DNA from: Longimicrobiales bacterium
Lineage (GTDB): Bacteria > Gemmatimonadota > Gemmatimonadetes > Longimicrobiales > Gaopeijiaceae
Direction: 5' to 3'
Assembly (NCBI GenBank): GCA_965203485.1
Contig: OZ241892.1
Coordinates: 3,136,001 to 3,200,000, forward strand
Length of the DNA stretch: 64,000 nt
The notes under the pieces: generated by a model
Database searches by the model: none
Told to the model about the DNA's origin: nothing
Seen by the model: only the letters and a program-made list of their open reading frames with translations
Part shown: positions 10,863-21,051 of the stretch, one piece after another
Numbering within the stretch: the first letter of the stretch is position 1
Layout: each line of letters starts with the position of its first letter
Program-made: the position numbers and the translations under genes

Positions 10863-12863
10863 GTGAAGCCAAGAGGCACCCCTTCGACGCCCCGTCGCAT
10901 CCCTTCGAGTGCGGCGGCCGTCTCCTGCGCCCTTGCGGCGGCGCTCGTTTCGGCGCCGTTGCTTCCGCCCGCTCCCGTGGTCGCACAGGACGGGGAGTGG
11001 CGCTATTGGGGCGCCGACGCGGCGAGCACTCGCTACTCTCCCCTGGACCAGATCGACGCATCCAACTTCGAGAGCCTGGAAGTGGCCTGGACTTGGCGGG
11101 GCGACAACTTCGGCCCGCAAGCGGATCCCCTGTTGCGGGCAACCCCCATCTACGTGGACGGGCGGCTGTATTCGGTTGCCGGCTCGCGCCGCACCGCCGT
11201 GGCCATCGATCCCGCCACGGGCGAGACTCTCTGGACCTTTCGCGAGCCGCCCACCAAGCGGTGGATGGACTCCATGCGGAAGAACTACGGGAAGGGCGTC
11301 GCCTACGCCGAAGTGGAGGGCGAAGGAATGATCTACTTGGTCACCCCGGCCTTCTTCCTGCACGCGCTGGACCCCGACACGGGCTACCCGGTCGAGTCCT
11401 TCGGCAAAGGCGGCGTAGTCGACATGCTGGGCGACCTGGGTCCATGGGAGCACGACCGGGACGCGGGCCTGCCGCCCGACGTAGGCTACATCACCAACTC
11501 CTCGCCGCCCATTGTCGTCAACGGGGCCGTCGTGGTCGGCAACTCCCACGAACAGGGCTACTACCAGACGCGCAAGGAGAACGTTCCCGGCAACATCTTG
11601 GCCTACGACGCGGCGACAGGAAAGCATCTCTGGACCTTCAACGTCATTCCTCAAGAAGGCGAGTTCGGCAACGATACCTGGGAGAACGACGCTTGGTCGT
11701 GGACCGGCAACGTGTCGGCCTGGGCGCCGCTGTCCGCGGATCCCGATCTAGGCCTAGTCTACGTCGTCACCGACCCGCCCACGATAGACTACTACGGCGG
11801 CTTCCACCCCGGAGACAACCTGTTCGCCACTTCCATCCTGGCAATCGACGTGGCCACCGGCGAAAGGCGCTGGCATTTTCAGACTGTCCACCACGACGTG
11901 TGGAACTACGACAACCCCACGGCTCCCAACTTGGTCGACATCGCCGTGGACGGACGCGAAATCCCCGCCTTGGTGCAAACCACCAAGCAGGGCTGGGCCT
12001 ATGTGCTCGACCGGGCCACGGGCGAGCCGGTATGGCCCATCGAGGAGCGTCCCGTGCCGCAGTCCGACGTGCCCGGCGAGAAGCTGTCGCCCACGCAGCC
12101 CTTCGTCACGCGTCCCGCGCCGTTCGATATGCAGGGACTGACCGAGGACGACCTCGTCGACTTCACGCCCGAGCTGCGCGCCATGGCGCTGGACATCGCC
12201 AAGAACTATCGGCTGGGCCCGCTGTTCAATCCGCCGTCGCGGGAAGACGCGCCCGACGGCACTCAAGCCGCGATTCATTGTCCGGGCGCCAACGGCGGCG
12301 CGAACATACCAGGAGGCGCGGTCGTCGATCCGGAGACGGGCATCCTCTACGTGGCGTCCACCCGGGGTTGCAGCGCGCCGAGGCTCGTGCCGGGAGTGGA
12401 GGAGGATCCGGACTCGAACGTGGACTGGGTGTCCAACGGACCCGGCGGCGTCCGCGGCCCCGACGGATTGCCGATCTTCAAGCCGCCCTACGGAAGCATC
12501 ACGGCAATCGACCTGAACACTGGCGACCACCTGTGGCGCATCCCCAACGGAACCACGCCGGAGGCGATACGCGATCATCCCCGGTTGCAGGGCGTGGACA
12601 TAGGCAACACCGGAGCGCGTTCTCACGCCACCAAGCTGGTGACCAAGACGCTGCTCATGTACGGCGAGGGCCGGGGCGCCGCGCCCGTCTTCCGGGCCGT
12701 CGACAAGGCGACCGGAAGGGAATTGGGCGCTGTGGATCTGCCTGCGCCGACTCTGACCGCGCCCATGACGTACATGCACCAAGGAGTTCAGTACGTTGTG
12801 ATGGCCGTAGGCGGGCGCGGATTGGCGGGCTCGCTGGTGGCGCTGCGCCTGCCGGAGGAATAG
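10863..12863 (+). CDS. PQQ-dependent (quinoprotein glucose-type) dehydrogenase
   Basis: RYSPLDQI, WHFQTVHHDVWNYD, KPPYGSITAIDL, APMTY; signal peptide. Confidence 0.92.
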   Translation: MKPRGTPSTPRRIPSSAAAVSCALAAALVSAPLLPPAPVVAQDGEWRYWGADAASTRYSPLDQIDASNFESLEVAWTWRGDNFGPQADPLLRATPIYVDGRLYSVAGSRRTAVAIDPATGETLWTFREPPTKRWMDSMRKNYGKGVAYAEVEGEGMIYLVTPAFFLHALDPDTGYPVESFGKGGVVDMLGDLGPWEHDRDAGLPPDVGYITNSSPPIVVNGAVVVGNSHEQGYYQTRKENVPGNILAYDAATGKHLWTFNVIPQEGEFGNDTWENDAWSWTGNVSAWAPLSADPDLGLVYVVTDPPTIDYYGGFHPGDNLFATSILAIDVATGERRWHFQTVHHDVWNYDNPTAPNLVDIAVDGREIPALVQTTKQGWAYVLDRATGEPVWPIEERPVPQSDVPGEKLSPTQPFVTRPAPFDMQGLTEDDLVDFTPELRAMALDIAKNYRLGPLFNPPSREDAPDGTQAAIHCPGANGGANIPGGAVVDPETGILYVASTRGCSAPRLVPGVEEDPDSNVDWVSNGPGGVRGPDGLPIFKPPYGSITAIDLNTGDHLWRIPNGTTPEAIRDHPRLQGVDIGNTGARSHATKLVTKTLLMYGEGRGAAPVFRAVDKATGRELGAVDLPAPTLTAPMTYMHQGVQYVVMAVGGRGLAGSLVALRLPEE

Positions 12864-12872
12864 GAGCCTTCA

Positions 12873-13721
12873 ATGCGGCGATCCTGCGCTCGGAAGCCGT
12901 CCTTGGCTTGGGCCATCGCCTTGCTCGCGGCCGGGTGCCAGGCCGGCCAGAACGAGGTCCCTGGTGTGCTGGCGGCCTTCGACGGGGGCGGCGGCCGCTG
13001 GGTGGACCTCTCGCATTCCTTCGGGCCGTCCACGATCTACTGGCCCACCGACACCTTGGGCTTCCAGCACCGAGAGCTGGCGTACGGCACGACCGAGGCG
13101 GGGTGGTTCTATTCGGCCTATGCGTTTGCGTCCGCCGAGCACGGTGGCACCCACCTCGACGCGCCCAGCCATTTCGCCGAGGGAGGACTGACGGCCGACC
13201 AGGTTCCGCTGTCGAGCCTTATTGCGCCCGCATCCGTCGTGGACGTCTCTTCCAAGACGACGCCCGATTATCAGCTGTCCGCGGCCGACCTGGAGGCGTG
13301 GGAGGCCGAGCACGGGCGCATCGCCGACGGGTCCATTCTGCTCGTGCGCACCGGCTGGTCGGAGAAGTGGGGCGACCGGACGGCCTACCTGGGAACGTCG
13401 CTGGCCGGGCCCGCCGCCGTCGCCGATCTCCACTTCCCCGGAATCGGCGCGGACGCGGCCCAATGGCTCGTCGACAACCGGGCGTTGGCCGCAGTGGGCA
13501 TCGACACGCCCAGCATCGACTACGGCCAGTCGGAGGACTTCGAGGCGCACGTGATCTTGTACGCCGAGAACGTCCCCGGCTTCGAGAACGTCGCGAACCT
13601 GGGCGAGTTGCCGGCGACGGGCGCGGCTGTCGTGGCGTTGCCGATGAAGATCGAGGGCGGCAGCGGCGGGCCGCTCAGGATCGTGGCGTACGTACCCCAT
13701 GCGGCAAGCGCCGGTCACTGA
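12873..13721 (+). CDS. Cyclase family metal hydrolase (KynB-like) lipoprotein
   Basis: EHGGTHLDAP, VGIDTPSID, ENVANL, GGSGGPLR; lipobox AAGC. Confidence 0.88.
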   Translation: MRRSCARKPSLAWAIALLAAGCQAGQNEVPGVLAAFDGGGGRWVDLSHSFGPSTIYWPTDTLGFQHRELAYGTTEAGWFYSAYAFASAEHGGTHLDAPSHFAEGGLTADQVPLSSLIAPASVVDVSSKTTPDYQLSAADLEAWEAEHGRIADGSILLVRTGWSEKWGDRTAYLGTSLAGPAAVADLHFPGIGADAAQWLVDNRALAAVGIDTPSIDYGQSEDFEAHVILYAENVPGFENVANLGELPATGAAVVALPMKIEGGSGGPLRIVAYVPHAASAGH

Positions 13722-13776
13722 TGGATCCGCGCGCCGTGGGCGCCGGGAAGCGTCTCGTTCCAGCGGACGAAGCGAC

Positions 13777-14526
13777 ATGACGGCGGGGCCGGCGCCGCTT
13801 GGCGGCCGGATCGGCAAGTCCTACTACGACGAGACGGAGTACTTCGAGGGCGCCGAGCATCTGCGCGACTTCAACAGCCGCTTTCAACGCTATCGCACTC
13901 GCAAGTTGCTGGAGATCCACCGGCCCCGGCCGACCGACGAAGTGCTGGACATGGGTTGTGGTTGGGGGACGATCAGCTATGCGATGGCGCCTGTCGCGCG
14001 GCGGGTCGTCGGCGTGGACTTCTCGCGCCGCGCCGTAGAGGAATGCGAAGCCCGTCTGGCGCGGTCGGGCCTTGATAATCTGGAATTTCGGGTCGGCGAC
14101 GCTCGCGACACGGGATTTCCCGCCGGCAGCTTCGACCTCGTCGTGGCCGCCGATCTCTTCGAGCACTTGTATCCGGACGACTCGGAGGCGGTCGTTGTCG
14201 AGGCGTTTCGCGTCCTGAGGGCGGGCGGGCGTTTCGCGGTCTGGACGCCGTGCCGGAGCCATGTGCTCGAGGTACTGAAGAACAACGACGTCCTGTTAAA
14301 GCGCGATCCCAGCCACGTCGACTACAAGTCCATGCGTCGCATGCGGGAGCTGTTGCAGGATGCGGGCTTCGAGGTCGAGCGCGCCTACTTCGCCGAGTCC
14401 CACCTGCCGGGACTGCAGCTCGTCGAGAGGCTCGGACAGCGGTTCGTGCCGCTCTTGAGACGCCGGATTGCAGTGTTGGGACGGAAGCAGGGCCGCACTT
14501 CCTCGACAGCCGCCGGCAACGCTTGA
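13777..14526 (+). CDS. Class I SAM-dependent methyltransferase
   Basis: VLDMGCGWG, GVDFS, FDLVV..DLFEHL. Confidence 0.88.
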   Translation: MTAGPAPLGGRIGKSYYDETEYFEGAEHLRDFNSRFQRYRTRKLLEIHRPRPTDEVLDMGCGWGTISYAMAPVARRVVGVDFSRRAVEECEARLARSGLDNLEFRVGDARDTGFPAGSFDLVVAADLFEHLYPDDSEAVVVEAFRVLRAGGRFAVWTPCRSHVLEVLKNNDVLLKRDPSHVDYKSMRRMRELLQDAGFEVERAYFAESHLPGLQLVERLGQRFVPLLRRRIAVLGRKQGRTSSTAAGNA

Positions 14527-14563
14527 GCGGAACGGCGGCCAGTCGGCCCGGAGGTCCAAGGAG

Positions 14564-15547
14564 ATGCGCTATCTGGAATACGACGCCGATCCCCCTACGC
14601 GGGCCGGTCTCGGCCATCTATTGTCGAACCTTCGCTGCCTGCTGACCGAGGCCCACCTCACCGGTAGGCGCGCGGTGCTGCCGAAGCTCCGCCTCGATCC
14701 GCGGCACAACTTCGGGATCGACCGCGACTGGCGCTGGGAGACGTACTTCGACTTCGGGAGCAGTACGCTGGCCGACGCGGACGGTTGCGAGCATCCGTTG
14801 CCGCTGGCGCACCCAGCGCCGGCATCTCTCCCCCCGCCGTCGGCGCTCGCCCAAGGCGATCCTTGGCCCGCCGTCGGGCGAGACTGCGCTCGAGTCGTTC
14901 GGCGCTTCTCGAGCGGATCGGCGCCGTTTCGCGTTCAGCTCCCGGGCGCCTCGCCCTCGCTGGCCGACTTGCGGCTTCGATCTTCCGTCCGGGTGGTTGC
15001 GCTGGCGGCAGAGGTCGCAAAGCGCCTTTCGGAGCGAGGATATGGCCGGTTCGCGGCGGTCCACGTGCGCAGGGGCGACCGCTTGGCTGAGCGCCAGTAT
15101 CCCTCTCGCTCGACTGGTCCGGCAGCCGTCGCCCGCAACTTGCGGCGCGAGGGCGTAGTCGGCGGCTCGGTGGTGTTTCTTGCGTCCGACGAGCGCCGCG
15201 CGGGCTTCTGGACTCCGTTGGCCGAACGCTTCCAGCTGGTGCGGTACGCCGACTTCCCGAGCTTGGCCGAACTGGTGTCGCCCGCCGACGGCGGCCTGCC
15301 GGACAACTACTTGCTCTATCAAGTGGAAAGAGAGGTGATGAAGGCGGCCGCCGTGTGGATCGAGACTCTGCCCGGTTTCGAGCCCGGCGCCACTGGATCG
15401 CTGATCAGCGAGGAGTTCTGGACTGCGACCGCCGAACGCCGCCAAGGCCGGGGAGGAACGCGGCGCCGTCTGCATGGATCGTGGGCGGCGTTGCGCGGCG
15501 CGCTTGGCACGCTTCTCGGACGCCGACGCCGCCGAACGCGCCGCTGA
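14564..15547 (+). CDS. O-fucosyltransferase-like GT-B glycosyltransferase
   Basis: AGLGHLLSNL, AVHVRRGD, FLASDE; AAGGAG immediately upstream of the ATG. Confidence 0.6.
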   Translation: MRYLEYDADPPTRAGLGHLLSNLRCLLTEAHLTGRRAVLPKLRLDPRHNFGIDRDWRWETYFDFGSSTLADADGCEHPLPLAHPAPASLPPPSALAQGDPWPAVGRDCARVVRRFSSGSAPFRVQLPGASPSLADLRLRSSVRVVALAAEVAKRLSERGYGRFAAVHVRRGDRLAERQYPSRSTGPAAVARNLRREGVVGGSVVFLASDERRAGFWTPLAERFQLVRYADFPSLAELVSPADGGLPDNYLLYQVEREVMKAAAVWIETLPGFEPGATGSLISEEFWTATAERRQGRGGTRRRLHGSWAALRGALGTLLGRRRRRTRR

Positions 15548-15763
15548 GCAGAGAGACGACGTCGCCCTCGGGCCGTCGAGCGAGAGTTCTCGAACGGTCC
15601 GTGTCGTGCTCCATCTGAACCGGCGTTGCGAGCCAGGGCCGTGCGGCCTCCGGGTCGTCAAACGCCCGTTTGCGACGTAGGTTGCGAGCACGACGCGAGG
15701 AACATGCCGGGGTCGGGACCAGGACGCGCGCAGAGGGGCAAGCCTGTGCCGGGAGAGAGCTTC

Positions 15764-17047
15764 GTGGAGGCTGTGCAGTTCAACGTGACGCCCGCCGGCT
15801 ACCTGCTGGCACGGAGCCTGGGACGGGCGAGCGGTTCCTTCGTCCACGGGCGTGCGTCCGGGTTGCGCCGCGTGGAGAGGCCGGTCCCGCCATTGCCCGG
15901 TCCCGCCTGGATGCGCATCGAAGTGCTGCTGTGCGGCATTTGCGGAAGCGACTTGGCCGCGCTCGCGTACCGGTCGAGCACGGCGCTCGAGCCCTTCGGC
16001 TCCTTTCCGGCGGTGCTGGGGCACGAGATCGTCGGACGGGTGGTCGAGGTCGGCCCGGACGTGAGCGGCGTGGCGCCGGGCCAGCGCGTGGTGGTGGATC
16101 CGATGCTGCACTGCGCCGTGCGCGGGCGCGAAGCCGGGACGTGGTGCCGGTCGTGCGCGGCCGGACGGCATTCGACGTGCGAGCTGGCCGCGGAGGACGG
16201 GCCCCTGCAAGTGGACGGCAAGCCGTTGCGGCGCGGACTGGCGATCGGCTACCACGCGGCCTTGCCGGGGGGATGGAGCGAGCAGGTGGTCGCGCACGCC
16301 CGGCAAGTGTTTCCGGTGCCCGACGCGCTGGACGACCGGGTCGCCGTGCTGGCCGAGCCCGTCTCGATCGGCGTGCACGGCGTGCTCGCGGGCGCGCCGG
16401 AGCTGTGCCGGGGCGGCCGGCGGCCGGCGGGTGCGGCGCTGGTCGTCGGCAGCGGGCCGATCGCGTTGGCCACGGTGTGGGCGCTTCGGGCGCTGGGCTA
16501 CGACGGGAAGCTGTTGGTGCAGGCCAAGCGGAGCCACGAAGCGGGCATGGCCGTGGCGCTGGGGGCCAGCGAGGTCGTCCTGCCCGGCGCGGAGGCCCGG
16601 CAAGCGCTGATCGACACGGGCGCCCGCGCCTACATGCCCATCGTTGGGCCGGAGGTCTACGCGGGCGGCGGGTTCGCGGCCGTCTTCGACTGCGTGGGCA
16701 GCGAGAGCAGCTTGGCGCAGTCCTTGCGCTTCGCGGCGCCGCGCGGCCGGATCGTCCTCCTGGGTTGCGCGGGCCGGCTCGATAAGCTCGACTTGACTTT
16801 CCTGTGGGCGCGCGAAGTTCAGGTGATCGGTTGCGTGGGCTACGGAACGGAGGATTGGGACGGACGCCGCCGCCACACCTTCGAGATTGCCCTCGAAGGG
16901 ATGGAGGCCAATCCGGACGGCTTGGCGGACTTGGTCACGCACGTCTTCCCGCTCCGACAGTACCGAGACGCTTTGCGGGCGGCCTTCGATCGCCGACGCA
17001 GCGGCGCCGTCAAGGTGGCTCTCGCGCCGGGAACCGGGACGCGATGA
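15764..17047 (+). CDS. Zn-dependent alcohol dehydrogenase (MDR family)
   Basis: CGICGSD, GHE, structural Cys cluster, GSGPIA, DCVG. Confidence 0.9.
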   Translation: MEAVQFNVTPAGYLLARSLGRASGSFVHGRASGLRRVERPVPPLPGPAWMRIEVLLCGICGSDLAALAYRSSTALEPFGSFPAVLGHEIVGRVVEVGPDVSGVAPGQRVVVDPMLHCAVRGREAGTWCRSCAAGRHSTCELAAEDGPLQVDGKPLRRGLAIGYHAALPGGWSEQVVAHARQVFPVPDALDDRVAVLAEPVSIGVHGVLAGAPELCRGGRRPAGAALVVGSGPIALATVWALRALGYDGKLLVQAKRSHEAGMAVALGASEVVLPGAEARQALIDTGARAYMPIVGPEVYAGGGFAAVFDCVGSESSLAQSLRFAAPRGRIVLLGCAGRLDKLDLTFLWAREVQVIGCVGYGTEDWDGRRRHTFEIALEGMEANPDGLADLVTHVFPLRQYRDALRAAFDRRRSGAVKVALAPGTGTR

Positions 17048-18150
17048 TGCGGCCGTTTACGCGCACGGAGGCCGAGGCGGCCGACGCCGCGGACCGTCCG
17101 CCGGCTCTGCGGACGCGACGGGGGCGCATCGCCGGCTCGCGTCGGCGCGCCTTCCTGGCCTTTGTGCTCGTCTCGGCATGCAACGACGGCGGGGCGGCTC
17201 CGCCCGTCGAACCGCCGGAGCCATCTCCGGGCCCCTGCACGGTGGCCGCGCAGTGCCGCGCCCGCCTGCCGCTCGGCCCCGGCGCCTTCCTGCCCCACTA
17301 CGCCACGCACCGGCTCGGCGACGGCATGAACGCAGAGGTCGTCCAGGGAGTGGTCGTGGTCCACGGCGCCAGCCGCAACGCCGACGACTACTTCGAGCGC
17401 GTGGTCGAAGCAACGCGCTTGGCCGCCCGCCTGGAGTCGACCGTCGTCGTGGCGCCGCACTTCCAGATCAGAGACGACGGCCCGCGCATCGACGAGCCGT
17501 ACTGGACGAGCTCAGGCTGGAAACGCGGCCACCCTTCCGAAGGTCCGGCGTCTCCGCTGAGCTCGTACGCGGCCCTCGACGCGGTCGTCGCCCGGCTCGC
17601 CGACAAGTCCCGGTTCCCCAACCTCTCCAGGCTCGTCGTGACCGGCCACTCCGCCGGCGGTCAAGTCGCCCACCGCTACGCCGCGGGAAGCGCCCTTGAA
17701 GACGCCCTGCCCGGCTACGCCGTCCGGTACGTGGTGGCCAATCCGTCCACCTACCTCTACCCGACGCCCCTCAGAGAACGGGCGCCCGGAAGCTTTCTGG
17801 CGCCCAACGTCGCCGACTGTCCCGACTACGACGCGTGGCACTACGGTCTGCAGAACCTGAACCCCTACATGCACCGAACGGGCGCCGCACTCGCGCGGCA
17901 GAGGCTCCTGCGCCGAGATGTAGTCGTTCTGCTCGGCGAGGAGGACACGGGCGCCGCCAGCCTCGACCAATCCTGCGGCGCGAACCTCCAGGGCGCCAAC
18001 CGCCTGCAACGGGGCCGCGCCTTGGTTCGCGTGCTTTCGCATGCGTTCCCCGGCCACGCGCACGAACTTGCGACGGTGCCTGGCGTGGGTCACTCCAGCA
18101 CGGCCATGTACCAGTCGACCCAGGGCCGCGAAGCGCTGTTCGCTTGGTAG
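17044..18150 (+). CDS. Alpha/beta hydrolase lipoprotein
   Basis: VVVHG, GHSAGGQ nucleophile elbow, VANPSTY, VPGVGHS; ATGA overlap with the upstream gene. Confidence 0.82.
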   Translation: MMRPFTRTEAEAADAADRPPALRTRRGRIAGSRRRAFLAFVLVSACNDGGAAPPVEPPEPSPGPCTVAAQCRARLPLGPGAFLPHYATHRLGDGMNAEVVQGVVVVHGASRNADDYFERVVEATRLAARLESTVVVAPHFQIRDDGPRIDEPYWTSSGWKRGHPSEGPASPLSSYAALDAVVARLADKSRFPNLSRLVVTGHSAGGQVAHRYAAGSALEDALPGYAVRYVVANPSTYLYPTPLRERAPGSFLAPNVADCPDYDAWHYGLQNLNPYMHRTGAALARQRLLRRDVVVLLGEEDTGAASLDQSCGANLQGANRLQRGRALVRVLSHAFPGHAHELATVPGVGHSSTAMYQSTQGREALFAW

Positions 18151-18166
18151 GGGTGGCGCCACCAGA

Positions 18167-18239
<73 letters not shown>

Positions 18240-18520
18240 GCCGCAAACGTAACCTCGCGGCGGCATCGCGGCAATACTGCATGAATTCCAGGGGGGGCGC
18301 CGCCCCGCCTACCGCTACAACCCGGGAGATTGCTCAAACAGGCCAAGGACGCCATTAGGCTAGGGCTCCCGCCAGCATGCAACCAGACACGCCACGCCAA
18401 TTTGCGCCGGGCCGCTGCACCGGATTCGCGAGTCCGCGCCCACAAGTGGAACACCGCAACCGGAACGAAGGCGAGGACCAGACCCAGCAAGAATCCGGCA
18501 ACGGCAGTGCCCACTACAAC

Positions 18521-18554
18521 ACACTAGGAGGGACGGGACACTAGGAGGGACGGG
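18521..18554. repeat. Perfect 17-bp tandem duplication ACACTAGGAGGGACGGG x2
   Basis: Read directly at 18521-18537 and 18538-18554. Confidence 0.9.
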
Positions 18555-18595
18555 CCTTGGAGGCAACGTCGCCTTGACTTGCATCGAGGTAGTCT

Positions 18596-18859
18596 TCATG
18601 CCCGCCGCTTCAAGCCCCGTAGCCCCAGCACCGCCGCAGTAGATGCAAAGGCAACCGTCGCCAACGTTATGCCTGTCCACCGAATGCCCGGTGCCCAGTT
18701 CCAAAATTCGTTCGCCCGCCAACCAACAAACAGACCGGCGAAGCAACCGGAAAAGAAGGGTGCCTTCAGAACTGGCCAAGCCATTACTTCCAGCCAAGCG
18801 ATAAGCCGGTTTCTGGAAAGAATCATTGTTGCCACCCCAGGTCTCATCGTCGGAATCAT
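18596..18859 (-). CDS. Small hypothetical membrane protein
   Basis: Two hydrophobic segments; ATGA overlaps at both ends; lower-GC patch. Confidence 0.35.
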   Translation of the reverse strand: MIPTMRPGVATMILSRNRLIAWLEVMAWPVLKAPFFSGCFAGLFVGWRANEFWNWAPGIRWTGITLATVAFASTAAVLGLRGLKRRA

Positions 18860-19042
18860 CGTGGGTGTAGCACTCGAGGTAGTGCAACGGTCGCTCCACC
18901 GCGAATTTGGGCCGAAGCGAGCGTTGGCGTTGTCATTGGTCTGCCCTGGGTTGGAGTGGGCTGACCGACAGCTTCTGCTAGCTTCTCAGCATGGGCGACA
19001 CGGCTTGATCCAGCCCGCCCCAACCAGGAGGTGACTGACGAC

Positions 19043-20728
19043 ATGGCCAGACTGCGCCCGCCGGGCCTGGGTCCCATCGTGGGCCACACCACCGACCGAT
19101 CGAGCCGGATATGGATACGAGCCGATCCGGCCGCCGACGGCGGCGACCATCCCGCGGCCGGACACCGCACGTTGGGCGTCGCCGGGATCGTCGCGAAGGA
19201 CGGCCGCAAGCTGAACCCGGCCAAGACGTTCTACTTTCGGCTGCACCGCGAGTTCGACCGCAGCGGCAGCATCAACCTCGGGCCGGACACGCCCGGCTTC
19301 GAGCTCATGCCGGATTCCGCCTACACGGTTCGGGTCGGATGCCTCGTGCTCGACGACCCCGTGCCGGACGACGCCGAGGTCGAGAGCGAGGAGCTCTTCA
19401 AGCGCCTTCCGAAGCCGGGGGCGTGGCGCGGCGACCTGAAGGCCCTCGACGCCGGACAGTCGGAAGCCGTCGTCCGCACCTTCCCGGCGGAAGCTGGCGA
19501 CGGCGAGCGCAACGAGGCCGCCGTGCGTCCTGGCGAGCGGATCAGCTTTCTGCTGGGGTCGTGCCGCTATCCAGGCTTGCTCTGGAAGGTGCGGCGCTCG
19601 GACCGCATCTTCGCGCCGATGGCCGATCTCGCCGCCGACTCCGACGACCGTCCCCGCTTCGTCCTCATGGTGGGCGACCAGATCTATGCGGACCTCTTCA
19701 ACCGCATCGTGCCCTTCGGCCGCGCCGACACCTATCAGGAATTCCGCGACCGCTACCTGACGGCGTTCGGATCGCCCAACATCCGGCGCCTCATGCGCAC
19801 CTTGCCGACCTACATGATCCTGGACGACCACGAGATCGAGGACAACTGGTCGCAGGACAGGTTGCGCCGCTCGGCGCGCTACCAGCTGTTCACGATCGCC
19901 ATAGACGCCTACCTCAGCTACCAGTGGAGCCACGGCCCGCGCACTTGGGGGCGTCGTCTCTACTACCGATTCGACTGCGGCGGATTTCCGTTCTTCGTCC
20001 TGGACACGCGCACGCAGCGGTTCATCGAGGGCAAGCCGGGCGACTTGGCGGCCAACCACTTGCTGGGACGGCCGTCCCATCCCACCGCGCCGCCGGGACA
20101 GCTGGCGCGCCTGCTCTCGTGGTTGCGCGAACAGCAGCGAAGGCGCGGCGACACGCCCAAGTTCGTCGTCACGTCGGGCGTGTTCGTGCCGAGTCCCATG
20201 TCGGCCCGCACCGCGCTGGCCGGCGACGATCCCGAGTCGCTCGAGAAATCCGACGGATGGCCCGGCTTCCCCGGCACGAGGGCGGCGATTCTGCGCACGA
20301 TGGTGGAGCACGGCGTCCAGAACGTGGTCTTCCTGTCGGGCGACATCCACTGCGCCAACTTGGCCGAGATATCCTTCGCGGGCGCTCCCGAGGCCGAGCG
20401 CCTCAGGGCCTTCTCCGTGACGTCGTCGGCGTTCTACTGGCCCTTTCCGTTCGCGGACGGCGAGCCGTCGGATTTCGTCCACGACTCGAAGGCCGAGGGC
20501 CAGGAAGACACATTCGCTTTCGAGCTCTCCGACGGACGGACCGTGACGATGGACTACTTGGCCCGCAACTTCTCGCAGGAAGACAACTTTTCGCACTTGA
20601 CGGTCGACCGGGCTTCGCGCTCGCTGCGGGTGCGCGTCCGCGACAGCAAGGGCCGCATCGTGTCGGAGGAGGTCGGCCGGGGAGGCCGGATCGTGCTGGA
20701 CGAGCCGTTGCGGCTGGCCGAGTGGTGA
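19043..20728 (+). CDS. phoD: Alkaline phosphatase D family protein
   Basis: GSC, GDQIYAD, DDHEIEDNW, VLDTRT, LSGDIH; strong RBS AGGAGGT. Confidence 0.88.
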   Translation: MARLRPPGLGPIVGHTTDRSSRIWIRADPAADGGDHPAAGHRTLGVAGIVAKDGRKLNPAKTFYFRLHREFDRSGSINLGPDTPGFELMPDSAYTVRVGCLVLDDPVPDDAEVESEELFKRLPKPGAWRGDLKALDAGQSEAVVRTFPAEAGDGERNEAAVRPGERISFLLGSCRYPGLLWKVRRSDRIFAPMADLAADSDDRPRFVLMVGDQIYADLFNRIVPFGRADTYQEFRDRYLTAFGSPNIRRLMRTLPTYMILDDHEIEDNWSQDRLRRSARYQLFTIAIDAYLSYQWSHGPRTWGRRLYYRFDCGGFPFFVLDTRTQRFIEGKPGDLAANHLLGRPSHPTAPPGQLARLLSWLREQQRRRGDTPKFVVTSGVFVPSPMSARTALAGDDPESLEKSDGWPGFPGTRAAILRTMVEHGVQNVVFLSGDIHCANLAEISFAGAPEAERLRAFSVTSSAFYWPFPFADGEPSDFVHDSKAEGQEDTFAFELSDGRTVTMDYLARNFSQEDNFSHLTVDRASRSLRVRVRDSKGRIVSEEVGRGGRIVLDEPLRLAEW

Positions 20729-21051
20729 GGGAACCTGCGCTCGCGACAGGCGACGAGGCGGGCGCGACCCTCGTGGCCGGCCCAAACCCGCCGCAACTGC
20801 CGCGTTGGACCAGCGGATGCGCGATCCGGGGAGCGTTAGGTCATGCGCACCAAGCCGGGACGCTCGTCGAGCAGGGCCGCTTCTCGGTCGCAGTCGGTCG
20901 CCATGCCGGGGCCCGGCTTCGAAGAGATCCGCGTCGCGTCGGCTGGGCTCGTCGATAAAGGGACCGGATTCTCAGTCGCGTTTTGCTCGCTATAGATTAA
21001 GATTGGTAGGCGCCGGACAGTCCAATCTGCAAATGAACCACCGGAGGAAGC

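Noticed and set aside
9998..13780. Very long alternative-frame ORFs (also 23623-26934 N-terminal part, 26884-30033, 38890-41973, 60835-63378)
   Set aside because: Arg/Gly/Pro-rich shadow ORFs expected in high-GC DNA; they overlap genes with clear motifs.
18521..18554. 17-bp duplication as a phase switch restoring a membrane ORF
   Set aside because: Deleting one copy gives an immediate stop (GTG TTG TAG), so it does not restore the frame.
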